Shown one piece after another: positions 10,590 to 21,602 of a stretch of DNA of 64,000 nt (position 1 is its first letter; each line of letters begins with the position of its first letter). This DNA comes from an uncultured Methanomicrobiaceae archaeon (GTDB lineage Archaea > Halobacteriota > Methanomicrobia > Methanomicrobiales > Methanoculleaceae), in the NCBI GenBank assembly GCA_963826525.1, contig CAWGXH010000003.1:288001-352000 (forward strand), given 5' to 3'. Under the pieces are notes generated by a model. The model was not told where the DNA came from. It did not search any database and worked only from the letters and a program-made list of their open reading frames with translations. A program made the position numbers and the translations under genes.

Positions 10590-11168
10590 CTAAAATAAGG
10601 TTTCCCTATCGCCGCAGGAGAACGCCGCCAGAAACGCCCGTGACGGGTATTCGTGGATACTCGTAACGATGACCGTTCCTGCTCCGATATCGCGTTTCAG
10701 GACGATTGGCCTCCCGTCCTCGCCGGATGCAATCACGTCGGCATCGCTCCCGGCAAACGACCCGTCGCACTCAATGGCGCAGGGATCGTACCCCTCGATG
10801 AGAGAGGCATACGGGTTTTGTGCCGCAAACGAGATCGAACAGGGGCCGTAGGTGTGGCGATACCGGACGGTGAACGGCAGCCAGTCATACGCGTCCTGCC
10901 GGTCGTCCCCTGCCCCGAAGACGAGGAGCCTTCCTCCGTTCTCGACGAACCGACGGATACGGCCCTGCGATGCACGGAGGGCGGGCATCAGGTTCGAGTA
11001 CGCGGCGTTCGCAAACCCGGTCGGAATGATGAGCGAGACGAATCGGCCCCGGTAGAAGGGCGATGCGAGCATATGTGGAGTGATGTACTCGCAGCAGGTG
11101 CCGCAGTCCTCGATCAGCCTCCCGAACATAAGGGGAGTATCCCATATCAGGCCGGCTTTGCAGATCAC
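10590..11168 (-). CDS. Conserved hypothetical protein, possible class-I GATase-like fold
   Basis: GTG start overlaps the rtcB stop; LIIPTGF...IRRFVENGGRLLVFG. Confidence 0.7.
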   Translation of the reverse strand: MICKAGLIWDTPLMFGRLIEDCGTCCEYITPHMLASPFYRGRFVSLIIPTGFANAAYSNLMPALRASQGRIRRFVENGGRLLVFGAGDDRQDAYDWLPFTVRYRHTYGPCSISFAAQNPYASLIEGYDPCAIECDGSFAGSDADVIASGEDGRPIVLKRDIGAGTVIVTSIHEYPSRAFLAAFSCGDRETLF

Positions 11169-12601
11169 CCCTTGATCACTCCCTGCGGTTCGAGCCTCGC
11201 GACGATCGTCGAGAGGCCTACCCTGTCCACCACCCGGACGACCTCGTTGCTCGGTTTGTAGGCGCCCGGCGCCTCTTCGGCGAGCACCGAATCGGAGTGG
11301 GCGCGGACGACTATCCCCTCCTTCGCGAGCTGCTCTCGAAGATCCTTCCCCGTCATCTCTTTCTTTGCCTGTGTTCGCGAAAGAACCCTGCCGGCCCCGT
11401 GGCAGGTGCTGCCGAACGACCGCTTCATGGCGGTCGCCGTGCCGCGCAGCAGGTACGAACTCGTTCCCATGCTGCCGGGGATGATGACCGGCTGCCCGAT
11501 CTCTTCGTATACCGGAGGGATATCCGGTGCACCCGGCCCGAACGCACGGGTGGCTCCCTTCCGGTGGACACATACCTCCCGCTGCGTGCCGTCGACCGTA
11601 TGGCGTTCGTACTTGGCGACGTTGTGCGCAACGTCGTAGACCAGTCCCATCTCCTCGTACGCAATCCCGAAGGTCTTTGCGACGACATTCCTGACCTCGT
11701 GCATGATTATCTGGCGGTTCGCCCAGGCGTAGTTGGCGGCGCAGGCCATCGCACCGAAGTACGAGCGCCCTTCGGGAGAGTCGATTGGAGCGCACGCAAG
11801 CTGGCGGTCGGGGAGAGATATTCCGTACTTCTTCGTCGCCTTCTCGAGGATCTGGAGATGATCCGTGCAGACCTGGTGGCCGAGGCCGCGTGAACCGCAG
11901 TGGATCATGAAACAGACCTGGCCTTCGGCGATCCCCATCGCCGCCGCCGCCGCCTCGTCGAGGATCTCCTCCGCGACCTGCACCTCGAGAAAATGGTTGC
12001 CCGCCCCGAGCGTGCCGGCCTGCGGGAGTCCACGCTGCCGTGCTTTTGCGCTGACGGCATCCGGGTCGGCGTGCTCCATCCTCCCCTGCTCCTCGGAGTG
12101 GACGAGGTCGGAGGCCATTCCGAACCCGTGCTCGACGCACCAGCCTGCGCCGTCCGTCATCATGGCGGTCAGGTCCTTGTTCGAGAGTTTGTGGGCGCTC
12201 TTGGCGCCGACACCCGTCGGCACGGCCCTGAAGATATCCTCGATGAGTTCCCGTTTCGTTCCGGCGAGGTCATCAAGGGTCAGGGGCGACGTGACCAGCC
12301 GGACACCGCAGTTGATATCGAACCCGACCCCGCCGGGCGAGATGACGCCTTCGGTCATATCGAAGGCCGCGACCCCTCCTATGGGAAACCCGTATCCCCA
12401 GTGAATATCCGGCATTGCAAGCGAATTTCCGACAATGCCCGGCATCGTGGCAACGTTGGCGAGCTGCTGAACCGCGCCCGCCTCCAGCGTTCTGCCGAGT
12501 TCTTCCGAGAGGAAGAAGCGTCCCGGCACCCGCATTCCCGGGACAAAACCGATTGGAACCTCCCACTCGAACACACCCGCTCTCTTCACGCCCTCAATCA
12601 T
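11165..12601 (-). CDS. rtcB: tRNA-splicing ligase RtcB
   Basis: MPDIHWGYGFPIG, DINCG, GNHFLE, HN, HRKGAT, PGSMG, HGAGR. Confidence 0.96.
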   Translation of the reverse strand: MIEGVKRAGVFEWEVPIGFVPGMRVPGRFFLSEELGRTLEAGAVQQLANVATMPGIVGNSLAMPDIHWGYGFPIGGVAAFDMTEGVISPGGVGFDINCGVRLVTSPLTLDDLAGTKRELIEDIFRAVPTGVGAKSAHKLSNKDLTAMMTDGAGWCVEHGFGMASDLVHSEEQGRMEHADPDAVSAKARQRGLPQAGTLGAGNHFLEVQVAEEILDEAAAAAMGIAEGQVCFMIHCGSRGLGHQVCTDHLQILEKATKKYGISLPDRQLACAPIDSPEGRSYFGAMACAANYAWANRQIIMHEVRNVVAKTFGIAYEEMGLVYDVAHNVAKYERHTVDGTQREVCVHRKGATRAFGPGAPDIPPVYEEIGQPVIIPGSMGTSSYLLRGTATAMKRSFGSTCHGAGRVLSRTQAKKEMTGKDLREQLAKEGIVVRAHSDSVLAEEAPGAYKPSNEVVRVVDRVGLSTIVARLEPQGVIKG

Positions 12602-12610
12602 AGATATCCC

Positions 12611-13018
12611 TCATACATCGAAGAGTACGTCCACTCCATAGGTCTCATTCTCTTTAACAATTCGCAGCCCCGAATAGGAAATTCCCTTGATGATCGTCCC
12701 CCCGGCGTGTTTCGCAGGGTCGAACGGCTCTCCGTGCATTACTGCCGAGACGCTGCCGTCACGGACGTCTATCTCGAACATGCAGAGGACGACGTTCTCG
12801 ACATCGGTGATGAAGAGCAGTTCGGAGAGAAAATCGTGGAGCAGGGAATCAGGGTCGCCTGCTTCGAGCGTGAGCGTCTGCACGATACCGGCATCCTCGC
12901 AGGGGCCGTACATGACGGAGAAGAGGGCACGGGCTGCATCTGCAAAGATCTCGTTTAAGCTCGCGCCCCGCACGCGGACGAGGACATCTGCGGTATGCTC
13001 AAGTTCCTCGAAGGTCAT
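12611..13018 (-). CDS. Archease
   Basis: EHTAD N-terminus, IKGISY, VLFDV C-terminus; adjacent to rtcB. Confidence 0.93.
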   Translation of the reverse strand: MTFEELEHTADVLVRVRGASLNEIFADAARALFSVMYGPCEDAGIVQTLTLEAGDPDSLLHDFLSELLFITDVENVVLCMFEIDVRDGSVSAVMHGEPFDPAKHAGGTIIKGISYSGLRIVKENETYGVDVLFDV

Positions 13019-13021
13019 GTT

Positions 13022-13291
13022 TCAGAAGTCTTCAAAGAAGATCGGGATCATTCCCTTGTGAATGGTATCGAGGTAGCGCGCCTGGTATTTTGATATATAC
13101 ACGGTATAATCGCCGACGGAAACCACAAGATCCGTTGCCTTTGCCGGTTTCACCGATGTGGGCAGAAGGATGGGGCCGCTGCAGGATGTGCTTACCCGAA
13201 AGTCGCGTTTTCGTGAGAGAATATATGTTCTGACATCCTCCGTGACGAATATCGGATGGTCGGAGGAGTGGCTGCCGGTGTCGCTGTGCAT
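13022..13291 (-). CDS. Small hypothetical protein
   Basis: 89-aa ORF ending 3 nt before archease; normal composition. Confidence 0.65.
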   Translation of the reverse strand: MHSDTGSHSSDHPIFVTEDVRTYILSRKRDFRVSTSCSGPILLPTSVKPAKATDLVVSVGDYTVYISKYQARYLDTIHKGMIPIFFEDF

Positions 13292-13347
13292 GGTGCTCTG
13301 TAAATCTGGTAGTGGAGTTAAAAAATGGTTGTGGTTAGCGGCAGGTG

Positions 13348-13662
13348 CTATGCCGTTCTCAGGATCTGGGTCACGACCTCAAGATACTGATCTTTCATCT
13401 CGTACAATGTGTTTGTTCCCTCAGCGTTCCGTTTTACATGCAGAATTCCAATTCTGGATGCGATGATCCCCACCATGGAGGCGACGGAGTGGTAACTGAT
13501 GCTGAAGTGCTCCTGCAGCTTCTCATGGATCTGTGGGATGGTCAGCGACTTCACCTTTACGAAGAGATTCAACAGTTCGTGTCTGATACCATCCCTGTCC
13601 CGCGAGAGATAACCGTAGAGTCGAGACTCAATCTCTTTTTTGAGCTCAGCGGGCGATCTCAT
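13348..13662 (-). CDS. Winged-helix-like protein (DUF2551-like)
   Basis: YLSRDRDGIR...SVASMVGIIASRIGIL pattern. Confidence 0.75.
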   Translation of the reverse strand: MRSPAELKKEIESRLYGYLSRDRDGIRHELLNLFVKVKSLTIPQIHEKLQEHFSISYHSVASMVGIIASRIGILHVKRNAEGTNTLYEMKDQYLEVVTQILRTA

Positions 13663-13926
13663 ATGTGCTACTATTTCAGTATTTTATATATATTTTTCCA
13701 TTTTAATTATTTAACCCGGAATACGTCTGGAAGCATCCTCTCTGTCTGACATTTCCGCAATGACAATGGAAGAGGGAACATTCTCTCCGTGAAAAACGGC
13801 CGGTTTTGTGGGAAAGGCTCCGGGAGTTCCGGTTGGATATCCGGTTTCCTTAAGCATACGGAATAGATCCGCTGCGAACGGCTACAACTAACCCTTTAAC
13901 CTTTCATCGCTCACTACTACAGGACT

Positions 13927-14778
13927 ATGGCATTTGTCAATTATGACATAAATCGATACACTCCAAAGCAGATGGTGATTCTGCCTCTGGTTATCCTCCT
14001 CATTGCCATGGCGGTGCTCGGTGTCAGCACTATCATGACCGGGATGCCCGTGCAGGCGGGTATCGACTTTGCGGGAGGAACGGCCGTAACCGTCTTTACA
14101 TCCGATAGCAAAGAGACGATTGAGTCGTACTTCTCCGCATATCCGCTGCTCTCGATCGACGAGAGCATCAACAACGGCAGGTACCTGACGTTCGGGCCGA
14201 TGGACGATGCGGAGTTCCGTGCCTTTACTCAGCATGTCATCGAGCGGTATCCCGATGCCGGCATCGACCAGATCGGTGAGACCTTCGGACAGACGCTCCA
14301 GCAGCAGTCACTGATAGCACTGCTCTTCTCCTTCGTCGGGATGTCGATCGTCGTATTCCTCGCGTTCCGAAGTGTCGTCCCGTCGTTTGCCGTCGTCCTC
14401 TCGGCGTTCTCGGATATCGTCATCGCCGCTGCGGGCATGCAGATACTCGGTATCCCCCTCTCGCTCGGGACGACCGCCGCTCTCCTGATGCTGATCGGCT
14501 ACTCCGTGGACAGTGATATCCTGCTGACCTCGCGGGTCCTGAAGCGGAAAGGGAAACTCGATGAGAAACTCTCCGGCGCGTTCCGGACGGGTTTCATCAT
14601 GACGACGACGACCCTCTCGGCGCTCGTCGCCATGTGGGTGGTCGCGACCATAGGGCAGATCCAGATCATCAGCGCGATCGCCGGCGTCCTCATCATCGGC
14701 CTCACCATCGACCTTGTAAACACGTGGCTTCTGAATGCCGGGATCATCAAGTGGTACGTTCAAAGGGGTGGTACGTGA
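13927..14778 (+). CDS. secF: Protein translocase subunit SecF
   Basis: GIDFAGG, LIGYSVDSDILL. Confidence 0.93.
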   Translation: MAFVNYDINRYTPKQMVILPLVILLIAMAVLGVSTIMTGMPVQAGIDFAGGTAVTVFTSDSKETIESYFSAYPLLSIDESINNGRYLTFGPMDDAEFRAFTQHVIERYPDAGIDQIGETFGQTLQQQSLIALLFSFVGMSIVVFLAFRSVVPSFAVVLSAFSDIVIAAAGMQILGIPLSLGTTAALLMLIGYSVDSDILLTSRVLKRKGKLDEKLSGAFRTGFIMTTTTLSALVAMWVVATIGQIQIISAIAGVLIIGLTIDLVNTWLLNAGIIKWYVQRGGT

Positions 14779-16244
14779 TGAACAGTGATATACTCGGTAA
14801 ACTGCTGCGGGACTGGCGCGTTGCACTGATGCTCGTGCTCGTCATCGCTTCCCTCGTTGGGATCTATCTCGCACCGCCGGCCTTCCAGAACGGTCTCGAA
14901 GGCAACCTCCAGTTCGGCCTCGACCTCGAGGGCGGCTCCTGGCTGCAGCTTGAGTTCCAGTCGGTGATCGTGGGTTTTACGAGTGATCGCCCGGTCGATG
15001 AACTGGCCGCCGACCTTCAGCAGCAGCTCGATACCGAGGTCTTCGTCCTCGAAGACGGGCAGCACCTCGAGATCCGGAAAGACATACCGCGTTCCACTCT
15101 CGAGCCGGTCTTCACGGCCTCGGGAGCGACGCTGACGACGTACCAGATGGGCGTCTCGGAGGGGACGGCCGAGACCGTCAAGCGCATCCTCGAAGAGAAG
15201 GTCAACAGTCTCGGAACCCAGGATGCCAAGGTGAACCTCCTGACGCCGACCGGCAGTGACTACCCGGAGTACGTCCGTGTGGAACTTGCGGGCGTGGATA
15301 TGGCCACCGCGCAGGAGATCGTCGGGAAACAGGGTAAGTTCGAGATACGCATCCAGACCACCGGGAACGAGACGACTCACGTCCTCTTCGGTGACTCCAT
15401 CACCAGTGTCGGCTCGCCGAGCCAGAACCCGCGGGGCAGCAACAACTGGGGCGTGGGGTTCACGCTGGACGAGGAGGGCGCCGCGGCGTTCCGCCAGGCG
15501 GCGATAGACTACGGTGCGGTGAGCGACCCAAAGAGCCACGAACTCCTGATGCTCCTTGACAACGATACGGTCTACAGCGCCCCGCTCGACCCTGAACTTG
15601 CCGCACAGCTCCGCTCCCAGCCCGTCAGACAGCTCTCCGCCTCGACCGGGTACGGCGATGAAGGCCTCGAAGAGGCTATGGCGCTTGAGATCCACCTCCG
15701 TGCCGGTGCGCTGCCGGTCGATGTGCAGATCGTCGGCTCCGGTTCGGTGCCGGCAGCACTCGGCGAGCAGTTCAAGATAACGAGCCTTCTTGCCGGGCTG
15801 CTTGCGCTTGCGGCTGTCGGCGTTGTCGTCTACTACCGCTACCGGGAGCCGTATATCGTCATTCCGATGCTTGCCGTCAACCTTGCGGAGATCATCATCC
15901 TGCTCGGTATCGCGCGATACATCCAGCAGCTCGACCTTGCCGCGATCGCCGGGTTGATTGCGGTGCTCGGAACCGGTATCGACCAGCTCGTCATCATCAC
16001 GGACGAGGTGGTTCACGACGGGAAGGTTCCCTCGCCGAACCTCTACATGAAGCGCTACGGCAGGGCGCTCGGGATCATTGCCATTGCGGCGTCGACGATG
16101 TTCATCGCAATGCTCCCGCTGGCGCTGATGGATCTCTCCACCCTGCGTGGATTTGCCATCATTACCATCCTCGGCGTGGTGATCGGCGTGCTCGTCACGC
16201 GGCCCGCCTACGGGAAGATTATCATGGCAATCCTCTCCAAATAA
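14778..16244 (+). CDS. secD: Protein translocase subunit SecD
   Basis: GLDLEGG, LRAGALP, GTGIDQLVII. Confidence 0.93.
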   Translation: MNSDILGKLLRDWRVALMLVLVIASLVGIYLAPPAFQNGLEGNLQFGLDLEGGSWLQLEFQSVIVGFTSDRPVDELAADLQQQLDTEVFVLEDGQHLEIRKDIPRSTLEPVFTASGATLTTYQMGVSEGTAETVKRILEEKVNSLGTQDAKVNLLTPTGSDYPEYVRVELAGVDMATAQEIVGKQGKFEIRIQTTGNETTHVLFGDSITSVGSPSQNPRGSNNWGVGFTLDEEGAAAFRQAAIDYGAVSDPKSHELLMLLDNDTVYSAPLDPELAAQLRSQPVRQLSASTGYGDEGLEEAMALEIHLRAGALPVDVQIVGSGSVPAALGEQFKITSLLAGLLALAAVGVVVYYRYREPYIVIPMLAVNLAEIIILLGIARYIQQLDLAAIAGLIAVLGTGIDQLVIITDEVVHDGKVPSPNLYMKRYGRALGIIAIAASTMFIAMLPLALMDLSTLRGFAIITILGVVIGVLVTRPAYGKIIMAILSK

Positions 16245-16383
16245 CCTCATACAATACCCTCTTTTTCGTGACTGATTCCGCATTATCAGGGTTTAGCTGC
16301 CAATGCGCCGCTTCCGGAGGGCACGGGGATCGGCGATCATCTCACTGAGATCGACCGGATCGTGGGCACGCCCAATTCCCGGG

Positions 16384-16417
16384 CTATCGCATCGGGAGGA
16401 GGGTTTCCCCCTCCTGC
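16384..16417 (-). repeat. Internally shortened copy of the dispersed GAGGGGG...GATGCGATAG element
   Basis: Minus strand reads GCAGGAGGGGGAAACCCTCCTCCCGATGCGATAG, matching both ends of the copies at 17751 and 62641. Confidence 0.55.
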
Positions 16418-16660
16418 AAAGGGAAACGATCTCCGGTATGCATCCGTCAACGGTACGGCAACCGATATGCCGAACGTCTCTCTATCCGGGTGCGACATCG
16501 ACAGTCTCATATCGGATCGGTGCAGATGATACGAGTCCTAACCGAGAACACGCGTTTAGTTGGTGAAATTCGAAACGCGTTTGTCACGTCGCAGTTATCT
16601 GGCGAACAACAACCTTTATGTGCCCGTTCACCAACAAGATGTGTGAAAGGGGTACTGAAC

Positions 16661-16948
16661 ATGGCAAAACCTGTTTTGATGGACTTTTATGCAGAATGGT
16701 GCGGCCCGTGCCGCCAGCAGACGCCGATCATCGACCAGCTCAAAGAGAGGATGGGCGAGCGTGTGGAGATCCGGAAAGTCGACGTCGGTGTCGACAGCGC
16801 CGAGACGCGGCAGTATGCCTCGAAGTACGACATCCAGTTCGTTCCGACGATCGTCATCGAGAAAGACGGTAAACTCGTCGAGAAACTCGTGGGTGTCCAG
16901 GACCTGGAGCGACTCGAAGGGATCTTAACGCCGCTGGTGGAGCAGTGA
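16661..16948 (+). CDS. Thioredoxin
   Basis: DFYAEWCGPC and VPT motifs. Confidence 0.92.
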   Translation: MAKPVLMDFYAEWCGPCRQQTPIIDQLKERMGERVEIRKVDVGVDSAETRQYASKYDIQFVPTIVIEKDGKLVEKLVGVQDLERLEGILTPLVEQ

Positions 16949-17597
16949 GGATCGGCATCATCGGAGGAACCGGGGATATCGGAGAGGGGATGGCGCTCCG
17001 CCTCTCCACCGACCCACGAGGTCGTCGTCGGTTCGCGTGAAGCGGAGAAGGCCGTCGCGTCCTGCGCCGCCTGCGAGGCGATGCTCACGGAGCGGGGGAT
17101 CGGAGTGCAGTCTCCTCGGCGTCGCCAACCAGGCCGCCGTCGACGCGGCCGATATCATCGTGCTCGCCCTTCCGTTCAAACACGTTGCAGCGACGCTCGG
17201 ATCGCTCTCCGGGTTCGAGGGCAAGATTGTCGTCACCCCCGTCAATCCGATCGAGCGGTCGACCCACTTCTACTACGCACCGCCGCCGGAGGGCTCCGCC
17301 GCCATGATGGTGAAGGGGATGCTCCCGGAGAGCGCCACGGTCTGCGCCGCCTTTAACAATATCGCCGCGAAGAAGTGGAAGATACTCGACGAGGTGCTCG
17401 ACTACTCCGTCGCCGTCTGCTGCGACGACGAAGGGGTGAAGCGCCGGGTGATGGATCTCGTGAACGGGATATCGGAGCTCAAAGCCTGCGACGCAGGCCC
17501 GCTTGCGGCCGCATCCATGGTGGAGAGCGTCACTCCCCTGCTGCTCAATATCGGGCGGCTCAATAAGATGAGAGACGCCGGCGTCCGGTTCATCTAA
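16945..17597 (+). CDS. npdG: NADPH-dependent F420 reductase; frameshift near 17103
   Basis: RIGIIGGTGDIG, GSR, PPEGSAA, AFNN, VESVTPLL. Confidence 0.88.
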
Positions 17598-17750
17598 ATT
17601 TTCAACTTCTTTTCAAAAGACTCCGATGCCCCGGAGCGGTGTCGCACTCTTCGGGGGTGTGGGTTAGAGGGCGTCCAACAATGTCCCCGCGAACCCGGAC
17701 GGAGTGCCGATACACGATTGTCCGGAGTTTGTCCCGGGACTCTCCGGCAA

Positions 17751-17794
17751 GAGGGGGCTCTGCCCGCTCCTGCACCCTCCCCCCGATGCGATAG
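17751..17794 (+). repeat. Dispersed intergenic repeat, copy A
   Basis: 42 of 45 positions match 62641-62685. Confidence 0.75.
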
Positions 17795-18005
17795 CAGGAT
17801 ACGGCTGTGTTCGCTGGCCCGGCATATCTTGCAGTTCTATCTGCCGGTGCAGTGATTTACGAGTACTTCGGTCGGAATCGATCTCCGATGACCGAACGTC
17901 TGCGGGGTCTGCTCCTTTAAGGACAGCGGGTACGTGCCGAAATGAAATGCCATAAGAGCTTTGCCCGCCATACCGTAGATCAGCGAGGAAGACCCCTCGC
18001 GAGGT

Positions 18006-18555
18006 ATGACGAGAATGGACCGTGAGTTTGAACGAATCGGGAAACGCCTCTTCGCGGAGCACCTTGTCGGCGGCAGTTTCGGGAATATGAGCTGCCGGGG
18101 CGACGGCGGATTTCATATCACCCGCAGCGGATCGTACCTGGACGCCCGGGAGATGCCGGTCTTTGTGCCGGACGACGGAGCCGTGCCGAAGGGGGCGTCG
18201 AGCGAGTACCGGGTGCACCGGGAGGTCTACCGCAGGAGCGGCCATCGTGCCATTGTCCACGCCCACCCGGTGCACGCGGTCGCGCTATCCTTCGATACCG
18301 ATCGTATCGTGCCGATCGACAGCGAAGGAGAGATGCTCTGCCCCGCGATCCCCGTCGCCCTGGGCATGCCGGGCAGCGACGAGATCGCGACGTGCGTGGC
18401 GGAAGCCCTCGCCGGAGCGCCAATCGTCGTCGTCAGAGGTCACGGGACGTTTGCCGGCGGAAAAACGCTCGACGAGGCGTACCTCTACACCTCCGCTCGC
18501 AGAGTATGCCTGCCGGATTCTTCTCTTATCGGGGAGGTTTCGGGGGTCGCAGTAA
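18006..18555 (+). CDS. Class II aldolase/adducin family protein; frameshift near 18495
   Basis: GNMS, ITRSG, ASSEYRVH, HAHP, RGHG. Confidence 0.85.
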
Positions 18556-19450
18556 CTCGATCTCCCGGATAGGCTCCCGGTGAAACCCAAGGATCATGTC
18601 GCTGATGACGCCGAACATGAATATCTGAAACCCGATCGTGATGAGGAGCATCGTCAGCACCGTCAGGGGAAGATGCTCGATGTTCTGGAACCATTCGTAG
18701 ACGACATAGATGCCGGTTATGCCGCCCAGGATGGAGATGAAAAGCCCGATAATCCCGAAGTAGAAGATCGGGTTGTTCATCTTTGCGAGCCGGTATATCG
18801 TCGAGAAGATCCGAAGCCCGTCCTGAACGGGATTCAGTTTCGTCTCGGTTCCTGGCCGCTTGAGATACTGGATGGGAACGACCTCTGATCTGCTGCCCGT
18901 TTCGCACCGCCTCGACCGCCATCTCGGTCTCTATCTCGAAACCCGCCTCGGTCAGGTTCATCTGGCGGGCGGCCTCGAGGGAGAACGCCCGGTAGCCCGA
19001 GAGGATGTCGCGGAGGTCTCGCCCGTGCGCGAGCCGGAACATCAGGTTCAGGAGACGGTTGCCGATGAGGTTCAGCCGGGTAAGCGCCCCGTCCCCGGGA
19101 TTTTCGAGACGATCGCCGATGACGTGGTCGAATCCGAGGAAGAGCGGGTGGAGCATCTTATCGGCATCGGCCGGTGCGTAGGTGCCGTCGCCGTCGAGCA
19201 TGAGCGCGTAGGGCTGGTCGATGTACTCCAGCGCCTCGATGATGGCGTTTCCCTTCCCCTTTCCCGACTGCTGCCTGACGGTCGCACCGGCTTTTTTTGC
19301 AATATCGGGAGTGCCGTCGGTGCTGTTCCCGTCCATAACGAAGATATGGTGAAAACCCATCCGCTGAAACGTCGTGACGAGCTCTCCTATCGTCGGCGCC
19401 TCGTTCAGCGTGGGGATGAAGATGCAGACCTCATCTTTCTCGATACTCAT
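18526..19450 (-). CDS. aglJ: GT2 glycosyltransferase, AglJ-like; frameshift near 18886
   Basis: IPTLNE, DGNSTDGT, GKG, DGD, SGYRAF, FEIETE and two C-terminal TM helices. Confidence 0.82.
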
Positions 19451-19487
19451 CGGTATAGTAATATGAATTTTTATCATAAGGGCTTGC

Positions 19488-20054
19488 ATGCACATTGCCA
19501 AAAAGGGTCTGCGGGTACTCGGAATCGCCGAGAGTTTCTCCGGACGCGAGCGCTCGACCCTCGCGGGCATCGTGATGCGCAAGGATCTCCGGATTGACGG
19601 AGCGGCGTTCGCAACCGTCACCGTCGGCGGCATGGACGCGACAGAAGCCGTCCTTCGGATCGTCCGTGTCCTCGACCGGCGGGACATCAATCTCATCATG
19701 ATCAGCGGCAGCGTGATCGCCTGGTTCAACATCATCGATCCGGCAGCGGTCATGGATGAGACCGGACTCCCCGTGATCGTCGTCACCTACGAATCGTCGG
19801 AAGGTATCGAAGAGGACATCCTGCACCATTTCCCGGGCGACCCTGCGAGGCTCGCCGCGTACCGGAGGCTCGGGGGGCGGACGGCAGTCGATCTTCGCAC
19901 CGGCCACACGATCTATATCCGGCCGCACGGCATCGCCCTCGCCGATGCCGCCCGGCTCTGTGACGACGTTACCCTGGACGGCAAAGTTCCCGAGCCCATC
20001 AGGGCGGCACGGCTCGTCGCCCGGGGCACGATGCGGTCGGGTATCTGCGGGTGA
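19488..20054 (+). CDS. DUF99 family (endonuclease V-like) protein
   Basis: LGIAESF, GGMDAT, AWFNIID, VPEPIRAA. Confidence 0.8.
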   Translation: MHIAKKGLRVLGIAESFSGRERSTLAGIVMRKDLRIDGAAFATVTVGGMDATEAVLRIVRVLDRRDINLIMISGSVIAWFNIIDPAAVMDETGLPVIVVTYESSEGIEEDILHHFPGDPARLAAYRRLGGRTAVDLRTGHTIYIRPHGIALADAARLCDDVTLDGKVPEPIRAARLVARGTMRSGICG

Positions 20055-20133
20055 GGCATATAGGTGGTCTGTGAGAAAAAGAGTCATACTGGTGTAGTAT
20101 GGATTGGTCTCATTTCCAGGGGGTCTTGAGAAG

Positions 20134-21461
20134 ATGAAAAAAAGGTTATTTCAGAGAAGTTCCGATCCGGTGTATACCACCCTCGACGATTGGATTCTCC
20201 ACGAAGCGATTCCGTTCTCCGTTGATTCGTCCGAAACCCTCAATGCCTCCATCGACAGGGTCATCGCCTCACTCGGCGACCCGGTGGAACTCCTCGGCTT
20301 TGGGGAAGCACTCCACGGCGGCGAGGAGATTCTTCTCCTCCGTAACCGGCTCTTCCGGCGTCTGGTGGAGGCGCATGGATACAGCGCCATTGCCATCGAG
20401 AGCAGTTTCCCTCGTGCGCACGTCGTGAACGAGTACATCGCCGGCCGCGGCCCGGCATCGTACGAGGCCGTGCAGGAGACCGGATTTAGCCACGGGTTCG
20501 GCCGGCTCGACGCGAACCGGGAACTCGTGGAGTGGATGCGGACGTACAATGCCGATCCTTCCCACCCGCTCAAACTCCGGTTCTACGGCTTTGATAGTCC
20601 GACCGAGATGGTCGGCAGCGATAGTCCACGTCAGGTCCTGCATTTTGTCCTCGATTACCTCGCCTCGATCGATAGCGCCGGCAGTGAGGAGCGTCGCCAG
20701 CGCATCGACCTGCTTCTCGGCCGGGACTCCGATTGGGAGAACCCCGCTGCAGCGTTCGACCCGGCGAAGTCGATAGGACTCTCACCAGCCGCAACGGAGT
20801 CTCCGGATCGAGACGGAGGATCTCATTACCGAACTCTGCATACGCCGTCCCGAACTGGTGGCGAAGAGCGACAGAAGTCGCTATCTGGAAGCCGCGCAGT
20901 ATGCAGCGGTCGCACGGCAGTCTGCTGAACTATCATGCGGTGCTTGCGCGAACCTCGGCCGACCGGGTTAGCCGGCTGCTCGGCATTCGCGACGCAATGA
21001 TGGCGGATAATCTGGCACATGTGGTCTCCCGTGAGCGTGGCCGGGGGAAGGTGCTCGCCTTTGCTCACAACAGCCATCTGAAGTGCGGAAAGGCGGTATG
21101 GCACTTCGGCACCGACGTGTACGCATGGTGGCCGGCGGGAGCGCACCTCGATGTGACCCTCGGCCCGCGGTATGCCGTCATCGGTTCGGCGGTCGGCGTC
21201 TCGGATCCGAACGGGATCGGCACGCCCGAAGCCGGTACGCTTGAGGCGCTTCTCGCCGCCGCACCGGGGCCGGGGCGGTTTATTCCGACGCACAGAGGCC
21301 AGGGGCTTTTAGCCCCGGAAATCGCAGCGCTTCCGACCCGCTCGGGCAGTATGAAGAACCCGACCTACTTCCCACTCACTCCGGAGAGCTTCACCGATTT
21401 TGACTGGCTGGCTGTCCTGGATAGTGCGGCATACAACCGCGGTGGGCCGGCGCTCCCATAA
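20134..21461 (+). CDS. Erythromycin esterase family protein; two frameshifts near 20800 and 20920
   Basis: LGFGEALHG, IAIES, FYGFD, RDAMMADN, AHNSH. Confidence 0.85.
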
Positions 21462-21602
21462 TAGGACGGTTAACTGCAGTAAAGCGCTTCGACGTTCCGG
21501 CAGCGGTCAGGACGGCGGGACGTTCGGGTCGATGGGACGGGCGAGTGATAGCATCGGATAATCCGATGGGGGCTCCATGCACCGAGAAAAAAGTGGGGGT
21601 GC

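Noticed and set aside
10590-12140. 516-aa ORF overlapping rtcB
   Set aside because: Only the last ~192 aa look real; the rest is an alternative frame of rtcB.
14760-16283. Long antisense ORFs (also 26504-27883, 27993-29111, 35882-37699, 40441-41808)
   Set aside because: Shadows of genes with strong GC3 bias.
17598-18005. Possible SRP or RNase P RNA in a 400-nt spacer
   Set aside because: No SRP helix-8 or RNase P P4 signature seen; only the dispersed repeat is supported.
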